From contig OZ241869.1 of NCBI GenBank assembly GCA_965202805.1, forward strand, positions 2,688,001-2,752,000: 64,000 nt of DNA. Direction: 5' to 3'. The position numbers and the translations under genes were made by a program. Source of the stretch: Longimicrobiales bacterium. Lineage in GTDB: Bacteria; Gemmatimonadota; Gemmatimonadetes; Longimicrobiales; Gaopeijiaceae. The stretch's first letter is position 1; every line of letters begins with the position of its first letter. Below are positions 29,396-38,273 of the stretch, piece by piece. The notes below the pieces were generated by a model that was not told the origin of the DNA, searched no databases, and worked only from the letters and a program-made list of their open reading frames with translations.

Positions 29396-31291
29396 CTAAT
29401 CCATCGACGCAGCCAGTTCGCGCATCGCCTGAGCCAGCCAGCGCTGTCGGGGCGCGTCGCCCAGCCGCTCACCCGCGGCTACCTCGCCGGCGTTCGCGTC
29501 CAGCACGGCTGCGGTCTCCCTCAACTGCGCGGCCACGTCGGCGCCCGGGGATGACGCGGCGGCCCCGAGCACCTCTCGCGATCGCTGCAGCAGCGAGGGC
29601 TGGATGTCGCCGGCGCGCTCGAGCTGGTCGAGGTACGATCCTGCTACGGCGGGGTGCGCGGGCCAGGTGAACATCGGCTGCAGCTGCGCGTTGAACTCTT
29701 CGACCTGAACCATGTTTGCGGCGTCGATCTCGTTCTGGGAGAGATGCTCGCTGGGGCTCAGCCGGAAGATGTCGAGCCCGCGCGTGATCTCGGCGCCGTA
29801 GATGAAGCCGTTGTTCCAGTAGGTGGACCAGTAGCCGCCCGTGAACATCTCGTCCTCGCTCAGCGGGCCGCGGTCGAAGAAGGCGATCTCGACGGGGTCG
29901 GATGCGTCGGTGAAGTCGAGCATCGACAGGCCGCCCTGGTACCACGCCTGCACCATGATGTCGCGTCCGGGCACCGGGATGATGGCGCCGTTGTGGGCCA
30001 CGCAGTTCTCCAGCTCGCTCTGCGGCACCGGCAGCTTGTAGTAGCCGGCGAGCTCCATCTGTCCGTCGACGATGTCGAAGATCGCGTTCGCGCCCCAGTC
30101 GGGCGGATCGGTGGAGCGGCAGCGCGGCTGGCCTCCCCCGCCCCACTCGTCGGTGAAGAGGATCCTGGTGCCGTCGTTGTTGAAGGTGGCGGAGTGCCAG
30201 TAGGCGAAGTTGGGGTCGACCACCTCGTCGAGGCGCACCGGGTTCACCGGGTCGGAGATGTCGAGCAGGATGCCGTTCCCGGCGCACGCCCCGGCGGCGA
30301 GCCCGATATCGGGGAACACCGTGATGTCGTGGCACTGGTTGGTGAGACGGGATTCCTGAGTGCCCTCGCCGTGGTCGCCGCCCTGCCAGAGGCCGCCGTA
30401 TTCGCCGGTCTCGGGGTCCGCGAAGATGCGCGGCATGTTGACGATGCGGGCGTCCTCCGGGTTTGCGAGCGGGACCTGGATCACCTCGATGCGGAAGTAC
30501 GCGGTGTTGGGATCCTCCTCCGGGGGCAGTCCCGAGCAGCCGGGAAGCTCGTCCGCCGGACGCACCCCCGATGTGCCGGAAACGTAGACGTAGACGTTCT
30601 CGTCGTCATTCGGGTCGGTGACCACGGTGTGCGTGTGCGAACCGCGGCAGGTCTGGACGGCCGCCACCTGCCGGGGCGCCTCCAGATTGGACAGGTCGAA
30701 GATGCGCACCCCGCGGAAGCGCTCCACGCTCACGCTGTCCTGGACGCCCTCGGTGCCGCAGTCGAGGCGGCCGCGGGTCTCCTGCGCGGACATGAACAGC
30801 AGGTCGCCGTAGATCGACACGTCGCCCTGGCCGCCGGGGCACACCACCGCGACGTGCAGTTCGATGTTGCCGGGATCGGAGATGTCGTAGACCTGGAAGC
30901 CGTTGTAGTTGCCCTGAAAGAGGTAGTTCCCCTGGAAGGCGAGGTCCGTGTTGGAGAAGCCGGCGCCCTGGCGCGGCGTCTCCGGGTTGAAGAAGCCCTG
31001 CGGACGGGGCGTGGTCGCGACCAGCTCCAGGTTCCAGATGGCGCTCTCGGCGTCGAGCCAGCCGGCCGCAAGGTTCACCCTCGGATCGAGGATGTCCCAG
31101 TCGAAGGCCGGCAGCGCCGGTTCGGCCAGCGAGTCGGCGCGCACCTCGGCGAGCTCCTCGGGCCGGGGCTGGCCCGGCGGCACGGCCTGGGCGGACGACG
31201 TCGCGGGAATCGCCAGCGCCATCAGGACGGCACCGGGCATCACGACCCGTCCGGCCCACATCTCTCGATTCAACTCAAGCCGCTTCCGCAT
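29396..31291 (-). CDS. LVIVD repeat-containing secreted protein
   Basis: NTDLAFQG, CPGGQGDVS, TCRGSHTHT, QCHDIT, YWHSATFNNDG, ENCVAHNG. Confidence 0.88.
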   Translation of the reverse strand: MRKRLELNREMWAGRVVMPGAVLMALAIPATSSAQAVPPGQPRPEELAEVRADSLAEPALPAFDWDILDPRVNLAAGWLDAESAIWNLELVATTPRPQGFFNPETPRQGAGFSNTDLAFQGNYLFQGNYNGFQVYDISDPGNIELHVAVVCPGGQGDVSIYGDLLFMSAQETRGRLDCGTEGVQDSVSVERFRGVRIFDLSNLEAPRQVAAVQTCRGSHTHTVVTDPNDDENVYVYVSGTSGVRPADELPGCSGLPPEEDPNTAYFRIEVIQVPLANPEDARIVNMPRIFADPETGEYGGLWQGGDHGEGTQESRLTNQCHDITVFPDIGLAAGACAGNGILLDISDPVNPVRLDEVVDPNFAYWHSATFNNDGTRILFTDEWGGGGQPRCRSTDPPDWGANAIFDIVDGQMELAGYYKLPVPQSELENCVAHNGAIIPVPGRDIMVQAWYQGGLSMLDFTDASDPVEIAFFDRGPLSEDEMFTGGYWSTYWNNGFIYGAEITRGLDIFRLSPSEHLSQNEIDAANMVQVEEFNAQLQPMFTWPAHPAVAGSYLDQLERAGDIQPSLLQRSREVLGAAASSPGADVAAQLRETAAVLDANAGEVAAGERLGDAPRQRWLAQAMRELAASMD

Positions 31292-31360
31292 CGTCCCTCC
31301 TCTTCTTTCCCGTGTCCTCCGCGCGCCGGATCCGGGACGCGGAAGGTTGAATCAGGCCCT

Positions 31361-33178
31361 TTAGTCGCCGCTCTCCAGCAAACCGCGCATGCGCCGGATC
31401 TCCATCTCCTGGTCCGCCTCCACATCCGATGCGAAGTGGTAGATGGCGGACCCCTGTCCCGCGCCCGGGCTCGCGAACAGTTCCTCGACCATGACCAGCG
31501 CGCCTTCGTGGTGGCTGATCATGAACTCCAGGAAGAGGCGGTCGAATTCGGTGTCGCGCGCCTCCGCGAGTTGCGCCATCTGTTCCGGGGTGAGCATCCC
31601 CGGCATGAGTTCGCCCATCATGCCGTCGTGTCCGTGGTGCGTCATGGCGCCGGCTTCCTCGCCCCGCTCGCGCAGCCAGCGCTGCATCATCGCGATCTCG
31701 TCCTTCTGAGATATCTCGATGCGCAGGGCCAGCCGATGCAGCCGCCGATTCGACGTGCGGTCCCGGAGCAGCTCCACCATGTCCAGCGCCTGGGCGTGAT
31801 GCGGGATCATCCCGCGCATGAAGCGAAGATCGGCCTCGGTGTGGGGAGGGAGTTCGGTGCCGTCGAGTGCGCCCGGCTCGAGCACGCGGGTGTCCTCCCC
31901 CGGCGCTCCGGGCTGAACCGTGCGCGGAGGGGCCTGCGCGGAAAGAGCGCCGAGAGACGCGGCCGGCCCGGCCCATTCGCGGCGTTCGCCGGCAGCGTTG
32001 TCTCCGTCCCCGGGGCCGGTCTCGCCGGAGGATGACCCGCCACCCACCAGCGTGGGCTCGGTCGCCGCCCCCTCGCCCTCCTCGTAGCCTTCCATCCCGC
32101 CCACCCGGCCCCAGCACCAGACCTCGCCGGCGGCGGTAAACGCGCAGGTGCCGTAGTTGCCCGCCGAGATGGACTCGAAGGTGTGGCCGCCCGTGACCTC
32201 GACCGGTTCCGCGCGGTTGGTGGTCGAACCGTCGCCCAGCTGGCCGAAGGTGTTGAGGCCCCAGCAGTACGCCTCGCCGTCGTCGGTGAGCGCGCAGGTG
32301 TGCACGCCGCCGGAGCTGATGGTGGAGAAGTCGTGCCCGCCGGCCACTTCGGTCGGCCCGCCGCGGCGCTCCTCGGTGCCGTCGCCCAGCACGCCGTAGT
32401 TGTTGTTGCCCCAGCAATAGGCGTCGCCGCCGCCCGTGACCCCGCATGTGCGGTTGCTCCCGGCGGAGAGCACGTCGTACCTCGGCCCGTCGACCTCGCC
32501 GGGCCCGGCCGAGCCCAGAGCGCGGGTGCTGTCGCCGAGCTCGATGAAGTCGTTCGAGCCCCAGCAGGTGGCGCGCCCGTTCCCGGCCAGCGCGCAGGTA
32601 TGGTCGACGCCGGCGGTGATCGACTCGAAGCGGGTGTCGGTCTCGACCCGCACCGGCGTGCCGCTGGGGCTGCCGGCCGCCACGCCCAGCTGGGCCGAAC
32701 TGTTCAGCCCCCAGCAGTACGCCTCGCCGTCGTCGGTGAGTGCGCAGGTGTGATTGGTGCCGGCCGCCACCGCCTCGAAGGTCATGTCACCGGCCGCGCG
32801 CACCGGTTCGGCGCGGTTGGTGGTCGAGCCGTCCCCCAGTTCACCGTAGCCGTTTCTGCCCCAGCAGTGAACGGCCCCGTCCGCCGCAACCCCGCAGGCG
32901 TGCCCGTGGCCGACCGAGATCGACTGGAAGGTCAGCCCCCCGGACACCGCGGCGGGCTCGGCCCGATTGGCCGTGTCGCCATCGCCCAGCTGCCCGTAGG
33001 CGTTGGTGCCCCAGCAACTTGCCGCCCCGTCCTCCCCCAGGGTGCAGACGTGGCTGAAGCCGACCGAAACCGCGCCCGTGCCGGCCTGGGCCGGAGGAGG
33101 ATCGACCGCGAAGGGGAGGGCGGGCGATCCGAGGAACAAGGCGAGGAAAGCGGGGAGAACACTCAGGTGCAGCCGCAT
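31361..33178 (-). CDS. RCC1-repeat beta-propeller fused to a DUF305 domain
   Basis: About 7 repeats of HTCAL...YCWGxNxxGQLGDG, then VQPGAPG...FMRGMIPHHAQA...MISHHEGA. Start at ATG 33178; the longer ORF-track extension overlaps the tRNA. Confidence 0.88.
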   Translation of the reverse strand: MRLHLSVLPAFLALFLGSPALPFAVDPPPAQAGTGAVSVGFSHVCTLGEDGAASCWGTNAYGQLGDGDTANRAEPAAVSGGLTFQSISVGHGHACGVAADGAVHCWGRNGYGELGDGSTTNRAEPVRAAGDMTFEAVAAGTNHTCALTDDGEAYCWGLNSSAQLGVAAGSPSGTPVRVETDTRFESITAGVDHTCALAGNGRATCWGSNDFIELGDSTRALGSAGPGEVDGPRYDVLSAGSNRTCGVTGGGDAYCWGNNNYGVLGDGTEERRGGPTEVAGGHDFSTISSGGVHTCALTDDGEAYCWGLNTFGQLGDGSTTNRAEPVEVTGGHTFESISAGNYGTCAFTAAGEVWCWGRVGGMEGYEEGEGAATEPTLVGGGSSSGETGPGDGDNAAGERREWAGPAASLGALSAQAPPRTVQPGAPGEDTRVLEPGALDGTELPPHTEADLRFMRGMIPHHAQALDMVELLRDRTSNRRLHRLALRIEISQKDEIAMMQRWLRERGEEAGAMTHHGHDGMMGELMPGMLTPEQMAQLAEARDTEFDRLFLEFMISHHEGALVMVEELFASPGAGQGSAIYHFASDVEADQEMEIRRMRGLLESGD

Positions 33179-33236
33179 GAGTCGCTCCTTGCCGGACGGA
33201 AAAACGTCGTGTCCGCGACACTCTTGACCCGAAAAA

Positions 33237-33310
33237 TCGGGACGGCCGGATTCGAACCGGCGACCCCCTGAACCCCATTCAGGTGCGCTACCGGACTGCG
33301 CCACGTCCCG
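33237..33310 (-). tRNA. tRNA-Pro (GGG)
   Basis: CGGGACG/CGTCCCG acceptor stem, GCGC D-stem, CCTGA-ATGGGGT-TCAGG anticodon arm, GGTTCGAATCC T-arm; CCA not encoded. Confidence 0.97.
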
Positions 33311-33438
33311 AAGAACGCGCAATATAACCAGCCCGCGGCAACGCACAAAGAAGCCGGGCACGGGGGTTGCAACCCGCACGTGCTCCCCTAGACTTCTCCG
33401 GGTTCCCGCACTGAATCGGAGTTATCGGAGGTGAACAA

Positions 33439-34845
33439 GTGACCGACGCCGGCAAGAATTTCGACGTGATCGTCATCGGCAGCGGCCCGGGCGGCTACGT
33501 CGCGGCCATCCGCGCGGCCCAGCTCGGACTGAGCGCGGCCTGCGTCGAGGACGAGGAACTGGGCGGGGTGTGCCTGAACGTGGGCTGCATCCCCACCAAG
33601 GCCCTGCTCTCGAGCGCGCTCCTGGTCGGCCAGCTGAAGAAGGCCCGGCAGCACGGCATCATGCTGGGCGAGATGGGGGTGGAGCTCGGCCCCGCGCAGA
33701 AGCGCAGCCGCAATGTCGCTGCGCGGCTGGTGCGCGGCATCGGCCATCTCCTTAAGAAAAACGGGGTTACCTACATCGAGGGCTACGGCCGACTGGCCGG
33801 CGGGGGCACCGTCGAGGTGCAGAACCGCGACGGCGAATCGCAGCGCTATCACGGGCGCAACGTCATCATCGCCACCGGCTCCCGGCCCCGCGACATCCCC
33901 GTGCTGATCATCGACGGCGAGCGCATCTGGTCGTCCACCCACGCCCTCTTCCAGAAGGAGGCCCCGGCTCATCTGGTGATCGTGGGCGCGGGCGCTGTAG
34001 GCATCGAGTTCGCGGACATCTACGCCGCCTACGGCTCGAAGGTCACGGTGGTCGAGATGCTCGACCGCATTCTTCCCGTGGAGGATGAAGAGGTCTCGGA
34101 GGCGGTGGCGCGGAGCTACAGGCGCCGCGGCATGGAGATTCTCACCGGCACGAGCCTGCGGAACACCGAGATCCACGACTCCGGGGTCCGGCTGACGGTG
34201 CAGGACGGCGACGGCAAGGAACGCGTACTCGAGGCCGACTACGTCCTGTCGGCGGTCGGGCGCGTCCCCAACATCGAGGACATCGGGCTGGAGAGGGCCG
34301 GGGTGGCCACCCGCGACGGCTTCGTCGACGTCAACGAGCACATGGAGACCAGCGTGCCCGGCATCTTCGCCATCGGCGACTGCGCCGGCCCGCCCCTGCT
34401 CGCCCACAAGGGCTCGCACGAGGGCATCGTGGCGGTGGAGCACATCGCCGGAGCCGGACACGGGACCGTCGACTACGGCAACATCCCCAACTGCACCTAC
34501 TGCCACCCCGAAGTGGCATCCGTCGGCCTCACCGAGGCCCAGGCCCGGGAGGCCGGCCACGACATCGAGGTGGGCCGGTTCCCCTGGGTCGCCAACGGGC
34601 GCGCGCTGGCGGCCGGCGACTCGGATGGATTCCTGAAGGTCATCCGCGACACCCGCTATTCGGAGATCCTGGGCGCACACATCGTGGGACCGGGCGCAAC
34701 CGAACTCATCGCCGAATTCGTGGTGGGCCGTCACCTGGAGGCGACCGTCGAGGAGATGGAGAAGGCGATGCACCCGCACCCGACCCTCTCCGAGGCCGTG
34801 GCGGAGGGGGCGCTGTCAGCGCTGGGAAGGGCGATTCACTTCTAG
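33439..34845 (+). CDS. lpdA: Dihydrolipoyl dehydrogenase
   Basis: GSGPGGY, GGVCLNVGCIPTK, HPHPTLSE. Confidence 0.97.
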   Translation: MTDAGKNFDVIVIGSGPGGYVAAIRAAQLGLSAACVEDEELGGVCLNVGCIPTKALLSSALLVGQLKKARQHGIMLGEMGVELGPAQKRSRNVAARLVRGIGHLLKKNGVTYIEGYGRLAGGGTVEVQNRDGESQRYHGRNVIIATGSRPRDIPVLIIDGERIWSSTHALFQKEAPAHLVIVGAGAVGIEFADIYAAYGSKVTVVEMLDRILPVEDEEVSEAVARSYRRRGMEILTGTSLRNTEIHDSGVRLTVQDGDGKERVLEADYVLSAVGRVPNIEDIGLERAGVATRDGFVDVNEHMETSVPGIFAIGDCAGPPLLAHKGSHEGIVAVEHIAGAGHGTVDYGNIPNCTYCHPEVASVGLTEAQAREAGHDIEVGRFPWVANGRALAAGDSDGFLKVIRDTRYSEILGAHIVGPGATELIAEFVVGRHLEATVEEMEKAMHPHPTLSEAVAEGALSALGRAIHF

Positions 34846-34867
34846 GGGCGATTCACATCCAGGCAGG

Positions 34868-36142
34868 TCAGGCTCGAACCTGCGGCAGGACCTTCGGCAC
34901 GCGCGCACCGTTCCCGGCCTTCTTCTGCGCGTCCGCGTCGGGCAGCACCCCCCGGATCTGCAGCACCCGCGCCAGCGCCTCTCCGATCTTGTTGTTCGGG
35001 GTGGAGGCGCCGGCCGTGATCCCGAGTTCGAACGGGCCCTCCGGGAGCCAGTCCCGGGCGACCACTTCGGGGGCGTGCGGGTCGAGTTCCGGCTTGTGGC
35101 GCACCACATCCTTCGCCGTGTCGATGCACACCGCGTCCTCGATGTGGTAGGTGACCGTGTACTCGCGGCACATGCTCGCCAGGTGGTTGGTGTTCGACGA
35201 GTTGTAGCCACCGATCACGATCATGACATCCGGCGGCCGGGCCATCATCGCCTCGACCGCATCCTGCCGCTCCTGGGTCGCCGAGCAGATGGTGTCGAAC
35301 GAGCGGAAACGTTCGCGCGCGTAGTCCTCGCCGTGGCCCTCCACCATCGCCTGGCGGAGTCTCCCGGCGATCGCCAGCGACTCGTTGGCCAGCATGGTGG
35401 TCTGGTTCGCCACCCCGACCCTGCACAGATCCTGCTCCGGGTCGAAGCCGGGCGTGGATTTCTCGCGGAAGTGCTCGCTGAACTCGTCGGTCGACATGCT
35501 GCCGGGACGGTGCGCGATGTAGTCGCACACGAGCGCCGCCTCCGCCATGTCGCGCACGATCAGGTACTTGCCCCCGTCGTACAGGGTGACCTGGGACGCG
35601 GTCGCCCGGGATTCCTCGTGTGTGTACTTGCCATGGACGATGGCCGTGTAGCCGTCGCGCGCGTACTTCTCGACGCGCTTCCACACGTTCAGCACGGAGC
35701 CGCAGGTGGTATCCACCAGCACGCAGCCGATCTCGCGCAGCGTAACGAAGTCATGGCGCGTGACCCCGAAGGCGGGAATCAGGACGACATCCCTGGAGGT
35801 CAGGTGCGAGAAGTCGAATGTCTTGTCGTCGCGCGGATAGAGGAACCGGATGCCCATCTCGCGCATGCGCTGGTTCACATGCGGGTTGTGGATGATCTCC
35901 CCGACCAGGTAGATGTCGCTGTCGGGAAACTTGCGCACGGTCTCGTACGCGTAGTCGATGGCGCGGTCGACCCCGTAGCAGAAACCGAACTCCTGCGCCA
36001 GACGAACGGTGATGTCGCCGAAGATGTCGGTGTAGCCGCGCGCACGGATGCGATCCACCAGCTGCGAGTGGTACTCCGCATCGATGATCGGCTTGACCTG
36101 CTTCTTGAGACCGAAGCCTCTGCGGAAATAGGTCTCTTCCAT
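34868..36142 (-). CDS. ispH: 4-hydroxy-3-methylbut-2-enyl diphosphate reductase
   Basis: FGFCYGVDRA, IIHNP, DTTC, NQTT, DTICSATQERQ, SSNT, TAGASTP. Start at MEETYF. Confidence 0.96.
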   Translation of the reverse strand: MEETYFRRGFGLKKQVKPIIDAEYHSQLVDRIRARGYTDIFGDITVRLAQEFGFCYGVDRAIDYAYETVRKFPDSDIYLVGEIIHNPHVNQRMREMGIRFLYPRDDKTFDFSHLTSRDVVLIPAFGVTRHDFVTLREIGCVLVDTTCGSVLNVWKRVEKYARDGYTAIVHGKYTHEESRATASQVTLYDGGKYLIVRDMAEAALVCDYIAHRPGSMSTDEFSEHFREKSTPGFDPEQDLCRVGVANQTTMLANESLAIAGRLRQAMVEGHGEDYARERFRSFDTICSATQERQDAVEAMMARPPDVMIVIGGYNSSNTNHLASMCREYTVTYHIEDAVCIDTAKDVVRHKPELDPHAPEVVARDWLPEGPFELGITAGASTPNNKIGEALARVLQIRGVLPDADAQKKAGNGARVPKVLPQVRA

Positions 36143-36284
36143 GCCGGATCCGGGATGACGGGGGAAGACGGGAGGGAACGCTGGTACACCTGCAACTAAG
36201 CGAAGGCTCCGGCGGCGATCAAGCTGGCGGGCGCCGCGGGCGGCCCGGTGGCACCGGAGTCGGCGGCTCGGGGTAGAGCGTCCA

Positions 36285-36872
36285 ATGTCGATACTGTCCA
36301 GGCTCGCGCTCCTCTTCATCGCGGTCCCGCTGCTCGAGTTGTTCATCCTGATCCGGCTGGGTGGCGCGATCGGTCTCATGCCCACTCTGGCCCTCTGCGT
36401 GCTGACGGGGGTCGCCGGGGCGTGGCTGGCGCGCCGGGAGGGGATGCGCGCGCTGTGGTCGTTCCAGGAGCGGCTGGCGCGGGGCGGCGTGCCCGGGCGG
36501 GCGCTCATGGACGGGCTGTGCATCCTCATCGGGGGCGCGGTGCTGCTCACCCCCGGACTGCTCACGGACCTGCTGGGCTTCGCCCTTCTGCTGCCTCCCA
36601 GCCGGCGCTGGATTCAGGCTCGGATGAAGCGGCGCATCGAGCGCCAGGTCGCCGAAGGGTCGATCCGCGTGACGACCCTGGGCGGGTTTCCGGGAGCCGG
36701 AATGCATCCGGGCTCTGGCGGGGCACACCCGGGCGCTGGTGGGGCGTCTGGATGGGGATTCGGGACCGGGCGCGAACGATTTGGGCCCCGGGAGGAGCCC
36801 GCTGACGAGGCGGCCAGACACCGTCCCGCCCCCGGGGAGATCATCCAACCCGAGAAACGGGACGACAGATGA
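36285..36872 (+). CDS. fxsA: FxsA family membrane protein
   Basis: LFIAVPLLEL...LLTPGLLTDLLG. Confidence 0.9.
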   Translation: MSILSRLALLFIAVPLLELFILIRLGGAIGLMPTLALCVLTGVAGAWLARREGMRALWSFQERLARGGVPGRALMDGLCILIGGAVLLTPGLLTDLLGFALLLPPSRRWIQARMKRRIERQVAEGSIRVTTLGGFPGAGMHPGSGGAHPGAGGASGWGFGTGRERFGPREEPADEAARHRPAPGEIIQPEKRDDR

Positions 36873-36885
36873 CGGGAGGGGATCG

Positions 36886-37953
36886 ATGACCCGGGAGATC
36901 GACTTCCTGGAGCGCCTTCTCAACGCGCCCGGCCCGTCCGGCTTCGAGGTCCGGCCCGCGCGGGTCTGGCGGCAGCGGGCAGAGGGCTTCGCCGACCGGG
37001 TGTGGACGGACGTGACCGGCAATTCCTTCGCCGCGGTCAATCTCGACGCCAGGCCGCGGGTGATGATGGCCGGGCATGTCGACGAGATCGGCCTCCAGAT
37101 CACCCACATCGACAAGGACGGGTTCCTCTACTTCGACACCATCGGCGGATGGGATGCGCAGGTGCTCGTGGGCCAGCGGGTGCGTATTCTCGGCGCCGCG
37201 GGGGAGGTGCCCGGCGTCATCGGCAAGAAGCCGATCCACCTCATGCAGGCATCGGACCGGACCAAGGCGAGCAAAGTCCGGGATCTCTGGATCGACGTGG
37301 GGGCCGGCGATCGTGACGCGGCGGGCGAACTGGGGTTGCGCGTGGGAGACCCTGCGGTGATCGACGCGGCCCTGGTGCGGCTGGCCGGCGACCGCATCGC
37401 CTCGCGCGCCATCGACAACCGGATCGGCGCCTACGTGGTGCTGGAGGCGCTCCGCCGGCTGGCGGAGTCCCCGGGTTCAGCCGGCGCGGTGGCGGTCGCC
37501 ACGGTACAGGAGGAGATCGGCTATTCCGGGGGCGGCGCCCGCCCCAGCGCCTACTCCGTGGATCCGGATGTGGCGCTGGTGGTCGACGTCACCTTCAGCA
37601 CCGACGCCCCGACCATCAACAAGAAGGAACTGGGCGAGCACGACCTGGGCGGCGGTCCGGTGCTGAGCCGGGGTTCGGCGGCGCACCCCGTGGTCTTCGA
37701 GCGACTGACGCGAGTCGCGGAGTCCGAGGACATCTCCTACAGCATCCAGGCGGCCCCGCGCGCGACCCGCACCGACGCGGACGGCATCCATCTGGTGCGC
37801 ACCGGCGTCCCGACCGGGCTGGTATCGGTTCCCAACCGCTACATGCACTCGCCCAACGAGATCGTCAGCACGAGCGACCTGGACGCGGCCGCGAACCTGC
37901 TGGCGGCATTCGTGCGCGACCTGGGCGGGGACGAGGACTTCACGCCGCGGTAA
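36886..37953 (+). CDS. M42 family metallopeptidase
   Basis: AGHVDEIG, DNRIG, QEEIG, DVT, TDAD, RYMHS. Confidence 0.95.
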   Translation: MTREIDFLERLLNAPGPSGFEVRPARVWRQRAEGFADRVWTDVTGNSFAAVNLDARPRVMMAGHVDEIGLQITHIDKDGFLYFDTIGGWDAQVLVGQRVRILGAAGEVPGVIGKKPIHLMQASDRTKASKVRDLWIDVGAGDRDAAGELGLRVGDPAVIDAALVRLAGDRIASRAIDNRIGAYVVLEALRRLAESPGSAGAVAVATVQEEIGYSGGGARPSAYSVDPDVALVVDVTFSTDAPTINKKELGEHDLGGGPVLSRGSAAHPVVFERLTRVAESEDISYSIQAAPRATRTDADGIHLVRTGVPTGLVSVPNRYMHSPNEIVSTSDLDAAANLLAAFVRDLGGDEDFTPR

Positions 37954-37982
37954 TGTTGATTTTGCGCAGCCCCGGGCAGCCG

Positions 37983-38099
37983 ATGGCGGTTCGCGGGAGG
38001 AAGAGACCTCCAGGCGTGCTCAGGCGGGCATGGGGCCACACCTGGCGAGCACTCAAGTTCGTCGGCCGCGTGCTCTGGACGATCATCAAGGCGATCTGA
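37983..38099 (+). CDS. Putative small cationic amphipathic peptide (38 aa, or 27 aa from GTG 38016)
   Basis: MAVRGRKRPPGVLRRAWGHTWRALKFVGRVLWTIIKAI*; high GC3; below the ORF-track cutoff. Confidence 0.45.
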   Translation: MAVRGRKRPPGVLRRAWGHTWRALKFVGRVLWTIIKAI

Positions 38100-38273
38100 C
38101 CGCAGCCCTTCCCGCGACCACGCGAGTCGGAGAAAGGCCTCTGCCGTCGAAACACCGGCTACTAGCAGCTTGCGCCGCAGAACGATCCAAGGCCCTCGAA
38201 CACACGACAGGTAGTAGTATGGGCGTGTTGGCATACCATAGGTAGTAGTGCGAGATTCCTGCGGCGCAGACTC

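Noticed and set aside
29654..32035. Long antisense or alternate-frame ORFs (793 aa here; also 45224-47758, 50312-52474, 38358-40472 and others)
   Set aside because: They are shadow ORFs of high-GC coding genes with no motifs.
1..33236. Intact prophage or integrative element at tRNA-Pro
   Set aside because: No integrase, transposase or phage genes, and no exact att duplication in the window.
33179..33379. N-terminal extension of the RCC1-DUF305 ORF
   Set aside because: It is the translation of the tRNA-Pro gene.
38209..38249. AGGTAGTAGT direct repeats and a minus-strand ORF (37839-38234)
   Set aside because: Possibly a relic operator, but the ORF has no recognisable family and overlaps the M42 gene.
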